Source of the DNA: an uncultured bacterium
GTDB taxonomy: Bacteria; Krumholzibacteriota; Krumholzibacteriia; Krumholzibacteriales; Krumholzibacteriaceae
Direction: 5' to 3'
Length of the DNA stretch: 64,000 nucleotides
Assembly (NCBI GenBank): GCA_964584495.1
Contig: CAZPAH010000003.1
Span: forward strand, 7,148-71,147
The position numbers and the translations under genes are program-made. Positions 1-8,989 of the stretch are shown here, piece after piece (position 1 is the first letter of the stretch; each line of letters opens with the position of its first letter). Below the pieces are notes generated by a model. That model saw only the letters and a program-made list of their open reading frames with translations, had not been told where the DNA came from and searched no databases.

Positions 1-306
1 GCAGGGGGTCGTGTTAGGGCGTGAATAGGCTACATCGGGAGGGTGGAAGAGAAGGACCGCCCCGAGCACAGTCGCGAAGCTACGCATCCTAAGATCCATG
101 TGATCTGCCCGTCCGAGCTCCAGTTGGGAGGCAGTCTAACATAATGCTATCGAAGAAGAAATGGTTTTGTTGGCTGCTCCCGTTATAAATAAGGGGTTAT
201 TATATCCGGAGGGGGGTATTATTATAGCCGGGAAAGCCTGTCGCGGCGGAACGGATCATTACGAAGCTATGTGAAGCCACGGAAAAAAACGATCAAAGGA
301 GTATCT

Positions 307-1167
307 ATGCCCGAAAAAATACTTGTCATCGGTGCCACGGGCAAGGTCGGCGGAGAACTGGTGCGGTTGTTGGCTGAGAACGGGGAGGTTGCAAGCGCTG
401 CTACGCGGAGTCCATCCACGGCTTCCGCGAAACTCCCCCGATCTTCAGAAGTCGTCGAATTTGATTTCGATCGGCCGGAAACATTTGCTCCCGCACTTAA
501 GGGGGTCGCCAAAGTGTTTCTTATGGCCCGTCCGGGAGATAACAATGCCGACAAAGTCGCGATGCCGTTTATCGACATGGCGAAGAAAGAAGGCGTTCGA
601 CTGATCGTGGACCTCACGGCTATGGGGGTTGAACGGGACGATTCTTTTATGTTGCGAATACTGGAGAAGTACATCGAGGCCTCGGGGATACCTTGTGTAC
701 ACTTGCGACCGAACTGGTTTATGCAAAATTTCAATTCCGGGCCGATGCTGGCGGACATTCGCGCCACCGGGGGACTGCATCTTCCCGCCGCCGATGCGAA
801 GATCTCGTTCATCGACACACGGGATATCGCAGCGGTCGGCTTTGCCGTATTGACCGACCCATGCCACGCCGGCAAGGCCTACACGCTGACCGGTGGAGAA
901 GCTTTGGACCACTACGAAGTCGTTGACATACTGTCTCGTACGGCAGGGAAGACGATTTCCTATGTCCCGTTGAGCGAAGAGGTCGCATCTGCCGCCTTGA
1001 ACAAAGCCGGGGTAAAAGAGGATATCGTCGAACGCTGGACAAAATTCTATCGGATAGTGCGGCAAGGTCTCTGCGCGGCCGTTACCGGGGATGCCGAATC
1101 GGTTCTGGGCCGGCCCACGATAACCTTCAAGCAATATGCGAAAGATCATGCCGCAGCTTGGATGTAG
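307..1167 (+). CDS. NmrA-like / atypical SDR NAD(P)-binding oxidoreductase
   Basis: N-terminal Rossmann glycine motif ILVIGATGKVGGELV is typical of the NmrA/SDR-a family. AAGGAG Shine-Dalgarno at 296-301 precedes the ATG at 307, which is an internal Met of the 271..1167 ORF; the upstream 12 codons are probably not translated. Confidence 0.7.
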   Translation: MPEKILVIGATGKVGGELVRLLAENGEVASAATRSPSTASAKLPRSSEVVEFDFDRPETFAPALKGVAKVFLMARPGDNNADKVAMPFIDMAKKEGVRLIVDLTAMGVERDDSFMLRILEKYIEASGIPCVHLRPNWFMQNFNSGPMLADIRATGGLHLPAADAKISFIDTRDIAAVGFAVLTDPCHAGKAYTLTGGEALDHYEVVDILSRTAGKTISYVPLSEEVASAALNKAGVKEDIVERWTKFYRIVRQGLCAAVTGDAESVLGRPTITFKQYAKDHAAAWM

Positions 1168-1287
1168 GAATCGCAAACGGCCGAGGTATGGCCTTCAAGT
1201 GGAGAAAGCGGCATAGTATTCCCTGTAACTTTTTAAAGTTACCGTCGTAATAATTTTCAGACGGTATCTTAAGAGCTAGGGGGGATA

Positions 1288-3711
1288 ATGTTCGGCAATT
1301 TTTTCAAGGTTGCGATCAGGAATATACTGAAATACAGGATCTTCTCTTTCATAAACATCGCGGGACTCGCGATCGGGATAGCCTGCAGCCTGCTCATCTT
1401 CCTTTTCGTCCGATATGAATTGAGTTATGACAGGTTTCACGAGAAGGGAGATCGGATCTACAGGCTCGCCTCGAGGGCTTCGATAGGCAACACGAAGATC
1501 AACCAGACGGGCTCGTCGTCCGAGACCTTCAGGGTGTTCACCGCCGAGTTCCCCGAGATAGAGAGCGGCGTCAAGTTCCACAGGTTCGGAACCGTTCCGG
1601 TGCGTCTCGAAGGAAAGACCTTCTACGAAGGGAATTGCGTCGCGGTCGATTCGACATATTTCGATATATTCACTCAGCACATGATTTACGGCGATCAGCG
1701 ATCGGCGCTTGTCGAGCCGAACACTGTCGTTCTTACCGAAGATGCCGCGCGAAGGCTGTTCGGACGTGTAGATGTCATGGGAGAGATGCTGACAATAGGT
1801 TTATCCAGGTATTTTGGAGACGTCCTTTTGACGGTCACGGGGATTTGCGAAAATCTTCCGCCGAACTCCCATTTTCATCCCGGGGTGCTGATCTCATTGG
1901 CCAGCTTTCCATCTTACGTAGACCGGACGGGGTGGTCGTATAACAACTTCACTACATATCTCCTGCTGGCCGAAGGCGCAGAGGCGCCCGTCCTCCAGAA
2001 GAAGATCGCCGACTATCTGGAGAAGCTGTATATAGAGTCCATGGGTCTGGAGAGATACAACGCCTGGCGGGCGGGCGGTGATTTCTGGGAATACTACCTA
2101 CAGCCCCTCACCGGGATACATCTCGACTCCGATATAAACGGCGAGTTCGAGGCCAACGGAAACAGGAACTACGTCTACATGTTCATGGTGATAAGCGTCG
2201 TTATCCTAGTGATAGCCTGCTTCAACTTCATGAACCTCTCAACGGCGAGGTCGTCGCTGAGGGCGAGGGAGGTCAGTATCAGGAAAGTCGTCGGCTCTTC
2301 AAGGGGCGGGCTTATCGCTCAATTCCTGGCCGAATCGGTTTTTCTGAGCTTCATGGCATCCGCCATAGCCGTAGCGATCGTATACCTTCTTCTACCCGGA
2401 TACAGGAATCTGGTCGGCAGGGAGATCGTCTTCGATCCGTTCGCGTCTCCCTTAGTCATTCCCGCCCTGATCGGATTCGCCGTGGTTATAGGACTGCTTT
2501 CCGGTATCTATCCCGCCTTTGTTCTATCCTCGTTCAAACCGGCCACGGCGCTCAAGGGAAAGATCGGCAGGGACGGCCGTGAGCTATGGATCAGGAACGG
2601 TCTGATAGTCCTCCAGTTCTCGATAGCGATCTTTCTTATTATCGGAGTGATGATCGTTTACAGCCAGATGAGATACCTCCAGAACAAGGCCCTCGGGTTC
2701 GATAAGGAGCAGGTCCTCGTGATAGATAATCCCGGGGCCCTGGGAGGCGGCACCGGCACGTTCAAGGATATACTCAGGAGCCGGCCCGGCGTGGTGACGG
2801 TGTCGGGGGCGACGACCATTCCGGGAAGCAGCTTTGCGAACATCGGATTCAACGCGGAAGGGGTCGACGGGCACTTCACGTTGAACAGGTGCGTGTGCGA
2901 TCCGGACTACATGACGACGATGAAACTTAAGATGGCAGAGGGAAGGTTCTTCTCGCGAGAGTTCCCGAGCGACTCGACCGCGGCCGTTCTCAACATGGCG
3001 GCCCTCAAGCTGATCGGTTGGGAAGACCCGATAGGCATGACAATCAGCAACGGCGCTTCCGACGGGGGCACCTTCCACGTGATAGGAGTCGTCGAGGACT
3101 ACCACTACGAGTCGCTTCACCATGAGATACGCCCGATGGCGCTCTTCTTCTCCGGCGGTTATTATAATAGCGCGGAACGGTTCATTTCGGTGAGGTTCGA
3201 GACGACCGACGTCGCCGGAACGGTCCGAAGCGTGGAAAAGGCCTGGAACGAATTTGCTCCCGGGATCCCCTTCTCTTATTCGTTCCTCGACACACAGTAC
3301 GATAACCTATACCGTAACGAGCAGCAGATAGAGCAGCTTTTCACGATATTCTCCGCGCTGGCTATAATAATCGGCTGCCTCGGCCTCTTCGGGCTTTCCG
3401 CCTTCGTGGTCGACAGGAAGACTAAGGAGATAGGTATAAGAAAGGTGCTGGGCGCCTCGGTGGCCGGTATCGTCCGCCTGCTCAATACGAGTTTCCTCAA
3501 GGTCGTCCTTATCGCGAACATCTTCGCCTGGCCGGCCGCCTGGTTCGTTATGAACCGTTGGCTTGAGAACTTCGCCTACAGGATCGACCTGGGAATCGGG
3601 GCCTTCCTGCTGTCGGGCGCGCTGGCCCTCCTGATAGCGCTTATCACCGTCAGCTTCCAGGCGATGAAAGCCGCTTTGGCCGACCCGGTCTGCTCGCTTA
3701 AATACGAGTAG
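1288..3711 (+). CDS. ABC transporter permease, FtsX/MacB-like with tandem permease domains (~800 aa)
   Basis: N-terminal TM helix after FKVAIRNILKYR, long periplasmic MacB-like region, then C-terminal FtsX-type 4-TM block (LGASVAGIVRLL...). It is a paralogue of the 42665..45049 ORF, with similar N-termini MFGNFFKVAIRN / MFGNYVKIAFRN. No cognate ATPase or membrane fusion protein lies adjacent. Confidence 0.8.
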   Translation: MFGNFFKVAIRNILKYRIFSFINIAGLAIGIACSLLIFLFVRYELSYDRFHEKGDRIYRLASRASIGNTKINQTGSSSETFRVFTAEFPEIESGVKFHRFGTVPVRLEGKTFYEGNCVAVDSTYFDIFTQHMIYGDQRSALVEPNTVVLTEDAARRLFGRVDVMGEMLTIGLSRYFGDVLLTVTGICENLPPNSHFHPGVLISLASFPSYVDRTGWSYNNFTTYLLLAEGAEAPVLQKKIADYLEKLYIESMGLERYNAWRAGGDFWEYYLQPLTGIHLDSDINGEFEANGNRNYVYMFMVISVVILVIACFNFMNLSTARSSLRAREVSIRKVVGSSRGGLIAQFLAESVFLSFMASAIAVAIVYLLLPGYRNLVGREIVFDPFASPLVIPALIGFAVVIGLLSGIYPAFVLSSFKPATALKGKIGRDGRELWIRNGLIVLQFSIAIFLIIGVMIVYSQMRYLQNKALGFDKEQVLVIDNPGALGGGTGTFKDILRSRPGVVTVSGATTIPGSSFANIGFNAEGVDGHFTLNRCVCDPDYMTTMKLKMAEGRFFSREFPSDSTAAVLNMAALKLIGWEDPIGMTISNGASDGGTFHVIGVVEDYHYESLHHEIRPMALFFSGGYYNSAERFISVRFETTDVAGTVRSVEKAWNEFAPGIPFSYSFLDTQYDNLYRNEQQIEQLFTIFSALAIIIGCLGLFGLSAFVVDRKTKEIGIRKVLGASVAGIVRLLNTSFLKVVLIANIFAWPAAWFVMNRWLENFAYRIDLGIGAFLLSGALALLIALITVSFQAMKAALADPVCSLKYE

Positions 3712-3844
3712 GGATCCTTCCTAACGTATCTCGCCGCGCGCCCGGCCGAGTAATGATTTGAATTTCCCGTATCGATGTGATAAAATCATCCTCGAAATCA
3801 AGGGACAAAATTTAACACTCCAACAATTCACAGGAGGTAGCGCC

Positions 3845-6271
3845 GTGCAAAAGGGCCGTTTCTTCTTTATTATGCTGTTATTTGTCACTTTCTTTTTTGT
3901 AGTTCCAGCCCAGGCGATCTGGGTCGAAAACGGGAAGGCTGTCTGCACGGCGGTCGAGGGTCAGGGCGATCCGCTCGTAGTCGCCGACGGCAACGGCGGT
4001 TCGATCGTGATCTGGATGGACGACAGAACGTCCTCAATTACAGAGATATACGCTCAACGCGTCGACGAATACGGCCGCGACATGTGGGCATCCGACGGTG
4101 TGCGGGTCTATACGGGTTCTTCATCCGCAATGACGTTCTATGCAACCGGTGACGGAGCTTCCGGCGCAATGATCGCGGTTCTGAGTGTCGAAGATTCCCT
4201 GTACGTGCAGCATCTCTATGCCGACGGCACAACGTGGAGCTCGCCTCAAGGCGCTCTCGTCTGCAACTTTGTTATGCCGGTGTTCGACCCTGAATATGTA
4301 TCGATAACTCAAGGCGGCGGTGGGGCGATCATCACCTGGTTCGATCCCCGTTCGTTCCCCGATTTGAACATATACGCCCAGCGCGTGGACGCCGCAGGGA
4401 ATATCAAATGGGCGGTTAATGGAGTGCCGGTCACCTCGGCCGCGAGCTTCCAGTTGTCGCCCTGCTGCGCGCAGGATCAAAGCGGAGGCGCTATCATCGC
4501 GTGGGCCGACGATCGAAGTGGCAACAGGGATATCTATGCTCAGCGGATCGATTCAACCGGCACGGTCCTCTGGACGATCGACGGGGTACCGGTATGCACC
4601 GAGACAAGCACGCAGCAGAAACCGTGTATTATTTCGGACGGAGCCGGAGGCGTTATCATCTCTTGGGAAGATTCGAGGTTGTCTTCATATGGGGATATCT
4701 TCCTGCAGAAGCTCAATTCAAGCGGCGCCGCGCAGTGGACGGCCAACGGCGTGGTCGCTACGGCCGCACTCTACAGTCAGACAGAAGCCCGGCTCGTCTC
4801 CGACGGCGATGGAGGAGTGATCCTGACATGGCTTGACGTCAGGAATACGCTTTCTAACACCGATATCTATGCCCAGCGTTTGGATGCAGCCGGCAACGTC
4901 CTCTGGGAGACCGACGGTACGGCTATCTGTACGGCCGACAATGTACAGGGATACCCCGGAATCGCTGAAGACGGCGATGGGGGCGCGGTTATCGTCTGGA
5001 ACGACAATAGGTATTTGAACGAAGACATCTACGCCCAGCGGATCGGCCCCGACGGCATCGTCATGTGGGAGGAGAATGGCGATTCGGTCTGCACCGGATT
5101 TACCGGTCAACGTTACTCCCCCACGCTCGCATATGCCGGCCGTCGCGGAGTAGTCATCGCCTGGGGGGACGGCAGGAACGGAGAGACGGATATCAATATC
5201 TACGCGCAGGGGGTCGATCTTCAGGGAAAATGGGGGTATCCGTCACCTGTCATACATTCCGTCGAGGATGTTCCCGGAGACCAGGGGGGATACATCGACC
5301 TCTTCTGGTACGCCAGCCTCTGGGAAGATCCTATCTATGACGAGATAACACATTACACGTTGTGGAGGGCCGTCGAGCCGCAGCAGGCGCTGGCCGCCAT
5401 CGAGATGGGCGCCTTGCTGGTAGAGGATCGGGCCGATCCCGTCCCGCGCGGCGACAGCCGCCTGATACGTCGGGTTGTGACCGGGTCGGCGACATACTTC
5501 TGGGAACTGGTCGGCACGCAGCAGGCGTACTGTTTTGAGGCGTACTCGATGACCATCCCGACCCTTTTCGATTCGACAGCCGTTCATCATGCATATCATT
5601 ACTTCCAGGTTCTGGCCCACAGGTCGAACCATGATTACTACTATCTGTCCGGAGTAGACAGCGCCTATTCGGTCGACAACCTCGCCCCGGGTATGCCGGT
5701 CGGGCTTGCCGGCGAGCAGGCGTACGCACCCGAGGGCCTCCAGCTTACCTGGGAACAGAACGGGGAAGACGACCTGGCCGGGTATAACGTCTACCGCGGT
5801 ACGGACGGCGGATTCGTTCCCGGACCGCTCAGCAGGCTGGCAACGACTTCCGAGCCCTTCTTGTTCGACGATGAGTGGAGATGGGACGGCGTTTACTGGT
5901 ACAAGGTAGCCGCGATAGACGTGAACGGAAACGAGGGCGGCTTCGCAACGCTCAGCCCCGGCATGATTACCGGAGAAGACATCCCCTTGCCAGAGGCGAC
6001 CTTTCTCGCGCAGAACTTCCCCAACCCGTTCAACCCGATGACTACGATAGGGTTCGGGCTGAAAGAGAAGGGGCATGTCTCGCTTACCGTATACAACGCC
6101 GCCGGGCAGCTCGTGGCAACGCTCGTCGACGAAACGATGACGGCGGGGAGCCATGAAGCCGAGTGGAACGGCCGCGCCGACGCCGACCGCATCGCTGCAA
6201 GCGGGATTTACTTCTACAGGCTTGTCGCCGATGATTTCGTGCGCACGAGGAAGATGGTGCTGCTTCGCTGA
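3845..6271 (+). CDS. Secreted repeat (beta-propeller-like) protein with T9SS-type C-terminal sorting domain
   Basis: AGGAGG Shine-Dalgarno at 3833-3838 and an in-frame GTG at 3845 give a signal peptide MQKGRFFFIMLLFVTFFFVVPAQA. There are at least 8 copies of a ~50-aa repeat ending DIYAQR(V/I/L)D...G...W, consistent with propeller blades. The C-terminus (FLAQNFPNPFNPMTTIGF...VYNAAGQLVATLVDE...SGIYFYRLVADDF) matches the Por-secretion-tail / FlgD-Ig-like CTD. Confidence 0.6.
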   Translation: MQKGRFFFIMLLFVTFFFVVPAQAIWVENGKAVCTAVEGQGDPLVVADGNGGSIVIWMDDRTSSITEIYAQRVDEYGRDMWASDGVRVYTGSSSAMTFYATGDGASGAMIAVLSVEDSLYVQHLYADGTTWSSPQGALVCNFVMPVFDPEYVSITQGGGGAIITWFDPRSFPDLNIYAQRVDAAGNIKWAVNGVPVTSAASFQLSPCCAQDQSGGAIIAWADDRSGNRDIYAQRIDSTGTVLWTIDGVPVCTETSTQQKPCIISDGAGGVIISWEDSRLSSYGDIFLQKLNSSGAAQWTANGVVATAALYSQTEARLVSDGDGGVILTWLDVRNTLSNTDIYAQRLDAAGNVLWETDGTAICTADNVQGYPGIAEDGDGGAVIVWNDNRYLNEDIYAQRIGPDGIVMWEENGDSVCTGFTGQRYSPTLAYAGRRGVVIAWGDGRNGETDINIYAQGVDLQGKWGYPSPVIHSVEDVPGDQGGYIDLFWYASLWEDPIYDEITHYTLWRAVEPQQALAAIEMGALLVEDRADPVPRGDSRLIRRVVTGSATYFWELVGTQQAYCFEAYSMTIPTLFDSTAVHHAYHYFQVLAHRSNHDYYYLSGVDSAYSVDNLAPGMPVGLAGEQAYAPEGLQLTWEQNGEDDLAGYNVYRGTDGGFVPGPLSRLATTSEPFLFDDEWRWDGVYWYKVAAIDVNGNEGGFATLSPGMITGEDIPLPEATFLAQNFPNPFNPMTTIGFGLKEKGHVSLTVYNAAGQLVATLVDETMTAGSHEAEWNGRADADRIAASGIYFYRLVADDFVRTRKMVLLR

Positions 6272-6335
6272 TGGGGACCGGGCCGTGGCAGGCTGAAAGT
6301 TCGATGGGTATTGGCGTACTATATCAACCGGCCGG

Positions 6336-7592
6336 TCATTTCCCAGTTCTGACGGTGCTTCTCTCGGTGGAGAGGATGAGACCCCGGTCCGTGAACGCCG
6401 TGACCCATACCTCGTAATCGATCCCCGGCTCGAGCGATTTGAGGTCTCTCACCGGGATCGATTCTTCCGTCGCTCCGGTCCACAGGGTGTCTCGGTGGAT
6501 GCGGCTATTGGACGCCTCGCTGTAATTCACAACGTATCCCTTTATCGAATCGTTCTCGACCCTGAACTTCCATAGGATGTCGCCTCCGTCCCTGCACAGG
6601 GTCGCCCCGCCTTCCTCCTCCCACCGCAGGCATTCAAGGACCGGTTTCGGTCCCGACAAGGCCGCCCGCTCTTCTTCACCGGCCTTCGGCGGGGATTGAT
6701 CCTCGGAGAGCTTGACGAACGAGATTATCAGAACGATAAGAAGGGTTACGGCCGCGGCGAAGATTTTCATCCTGCCGTGCCCGGTCTTTTTGATCTTCAC
6801 CGCGGGGGCAGCCTCGAAGGAAGGCCATTCTCCGAAAGAGGATACAACGGCGGAGATATTGTCGGTGGAACCGTTCGTGTAGGCCCACTGGGTTATCACG
6901 TCCGCCGCCGTCTCCGGCGAATCGGATCGCGATATCAACGACAGGAGCGATCCCGAGATATCGCCGATCTTGTCCACGATAAGGCCGTCGGAGCAGAGCA
7001 TCAGGATATCGCCCTCCTTCAGGGTGAACCGGCCCCCCTGCGAAGGATAGATATCGGCTTCGTCCCCGCCGCCCGAGAGGGAGCGGGTCAGAGCGTTGCT
7101 GATCTTCTCGAGCATCGCCGCGTCGGTATCTTCGTGGAGAAAACTGTCGCGGTACTCCTGCACGAAGGAATGGTCTTTCGTGAGCTGCGTTATCTCCATG
7201 CCCGATATCAGGTATGTCCGGCTGTCGCCGATATTTCCCACTACATACTGGTCCCCGGTCCCCAGGACGATCGTGAGGGTCGTGCCCATCTTGCTCAGCT
7301 CGGGCTTATCCTTGGATTCCTCCTTGATTCGTTCCTGGGAAAGGCGCACGATGCCGCGTATCTCGTCCTGCAGCGCCTCGGGCCGGGGTGAAGAGGCGAA
7401 CGCCCTGAACCGCTCGCGGCAGATCTGGATGACAAGCCGGCTCGCCACCTCTCCGCCGCCCATTCCTCCCATGCCGTCGGCCACCGCCAGGATGAAGGCA
7501 TCGCCCTCCTGCTCGTGGCATATCCTGTCCTGGTTGTAATCTCTCCGACCCTGAAGCGATTTTCCGGCAAATTTCATTCGACCAGGTCCCAT
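6336..7592 (-). CDS. PP2C-family Ser/Thr phosphatase with a TM helix and extracytoplasmic C-terminal domain
   Basis: N-terminal LAVADGMGGMGGGEVAS plus later LCSDGL and GSTDNIS motifs identify the PP2C catalytic domain. A hydrophobic segment (IFAAAVTLLIVLIISFV) is followed by a ~130-aa C-terminal domain. The gene is divergent from the PAAR gene. Confidence 0.75.
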   Translation of the reverse strand: MGPGRMKFAGKSLQGRRDYNQDRICHEQEGDAFILAVADGMGGMGGGEVASRLVIQICRERFRAFASSPRPEALQDEIRGIVRLSQERIKEESKDKPELSKMGTTLTIVLGTGDQYVVGNIGDSRTYLISGMEITQLTKDHSFVQEYRDSFLHEDTDAAMLEKISNALTRSLSGGGDEADIYPSQGGRFTLKEGDILMLCSDGLIVDKIGDISGSLLSLISRSDSPETAADVITQWAYTNGSTDNISAVVSSFGEWPSFEAAPAVKIKKTGHGRMKIFAAAVTLLIVLIISFVKLSEDQSPPKAGEEERAALSGPKPVLECLRWEEEGGATLCRDGGDILWKFRVENDSIKGYVVNYSEASNSRIHRDTLWTGATEESIPVRDLKSLEPGIDYEVWVTAFTDRGLILSTERSTVRTGK

Positions 7593-7759
7593 CGCGTGGC
7601 CAACGCCCCAAAATTAAGCCGCAACGGCTGGAATTAACTCGTTAAGTTTGATTGTAGCGGACCGTCGCGGTAGATTCTAGAAGAGGGCCAAGCGCGTTAC
7701 AAGATAAATTTTCCATAGTTGAATCTCAGGTCTTTCCCGCGCCGGGGCTTTCATCCTGG

Positions 7760-7789
7760 TTGACTTATTCCGCCGGGGGACAGTATAAT
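7760..7789 (+). promoter_or_regulatory. Candidate sigma70-type promoter upstream of the PAAR gene (TTGACT-18 nt-TATAAT)
   Basis: TTGACT at 7760-7765 and TATAAT at 7784-7789 with 18-nt spacing, about 32 nt upstream of the ATG at 7822. This is a sequence match only; if the organism belongs to the FCB group its promoter consensus may differ. Confidence 0.25.
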
Positions 7790-7821
7790 CGAATCCCGGT
7801 GGGGATTTACCAGGAGCATAT

Positions 7822-8970
7822 ATGGGCAAACCAGCCGCACGAGCCACGGACACGGCCAATACATGTAACGACCCGACCGATATGCCGGTCGGCAAGGTCA
7901 TTGCGGTGGGCACTGTTTTTATAAACAAGCTGCCCGCCGCGAAGCAGGGGGACCAGGTCGTCGGGGTCGATACCCATATCATAATGATCCCGACGCCGGG
8001 CGGACCGGTTCCCACGCCCCTTCCCCACCCGTTCGCCGGGATGCTCGACAACGGTCTCTCATCCTCCGTCAAGATAATGGGCATGCCGGCGGCCACCGTG
8101 GACAGCATGGCGTCGAATATGCCCCCTCACATCCCTCAGGGAGGACCGTTCCAGAAGCCGCCCACCAACAAGGCGAAGATAATAATGGGGAGCGCCAATG
8201 TATTCATAGGCAACGGAGGCGGAGGCGGTGGGAGCGGAAAGGGCGGCGGGAAGAAGAAGGCGAAGGCCACCGCCCAGGCGGCCGACAGCGTCGAGTCGCA
8301 TACACTGAACGTCAAATTCGAGGACAAGGGGGGAAAGCCGGTCACCGGCGCGAAATATCTCGTCAAGGGGCCCGACGGCAAGGAGAGCGAGGGGTTCCTC
8401 GCCGGGCAGGTCGAGAGGCAGGGGGTCGCCGAGGGCTCTCACGAGATCAAGCTCAGCGCCGTCACGAAGGCATCCTGGTCGACCGATAGGGCGGAGGTCG
8501 GCGACAAGGTGAAGCTCCAGGTGGAAACGACCGGAGTCGAATCGGGCGAGAAGGCGGTGCTGAGGATATTCATCAAGGATTCCAATTTCGCCGATTACCT
8601 CTTCGAGACGATCGAGACCGAGGTCGGTTCCGACAAGATCGAGGAGGAATGGGAGCTCAAGGTCGACGAGAAGCTGACCGAGGCGCAGGATAAGAAGGAA
8701 GACAAGAATTACTCGAGTCCCAGCTACTACTTCGTCGTCGAGGTTGCGGGATTGAAGCAGCGCTCCGGTTCGCTGATATTCAAGGACTGGCTGGAGCTGG
8801 AGCTGGCCGACGACGAAGGCAAGCCGATCGCCAAGGCCGCATACAAGGTGTACCTGCCCGACGGATCGATAAGGAGCGGCAACCTGGACGACAACGGTTA
8901 CGCGAAGATCGAAAAGGTGCCGCCCGGAAACGTCAAGGTCGAGTACGACATCCGTTCGAGCGAAAAATAA
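7822..8970 (+). CDS. PAAR-repeat spike protein with Gly-rich linker and C-terminal tandem ~50-aa modules
   Basis: Three PAAR-type motifs fall in the first ~130 aa: PAARATD, LPAAKQGD and MPAATVDSM, with conserved GD/H spacing. A poly-Gly/Lys linker (GNGGGGGGSGKGGGKKKAKA) follows, then two copies of a module (xYxVxxPDGxxxxGxL...G...xVEY). The gene opens the co-directional T6SS block. Confidence 0.75.
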   Translation: MGKPAARATDTANTCNDPTDMPVGKVIAVGTVFINKLPAAKQGDQVVGVDTHIIMIPTPGGPVPTPLPHPFAGMLDNGLSSSVKIMGMPAATVDSMASNMPPHIPQGGPFQKPPTNKAKIIMGSANVFIGNGGGGGGSGKGGGKKKAKATAQAADSVESHTLNVKFEDKGGKPVTGAKYLVKGPDGKESEGFLAGQVERQGVAEGSHEIKLSAVTKASWSTDRAEVGDKVKLQVETTGVESGEKAVLRIFIKDSNFADYLFETIETEVGSDKIEEEWELKVDEKLTEAQDKKEDKNYSSPSYYFVVEVAGLKQRSGSLIFKDWLELELADDEGKPIAKAAYKVYLPDGSIRSGNLDDNGYAKIEKVPPGNVKVEYDIRSSEK

Positions 8971-8989
8971 TAGCCGATCGCAATAGGAT

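Noticed and set aside
1-270. Leading 270 bp, including AT-rich ~150-230 and small ORF fragments
   Set aside because: No coding signal or RNA gene is recognisable. It is probably the intergenic region or promoter region for the NmrA-like gene, with nothing specific to support a feature.
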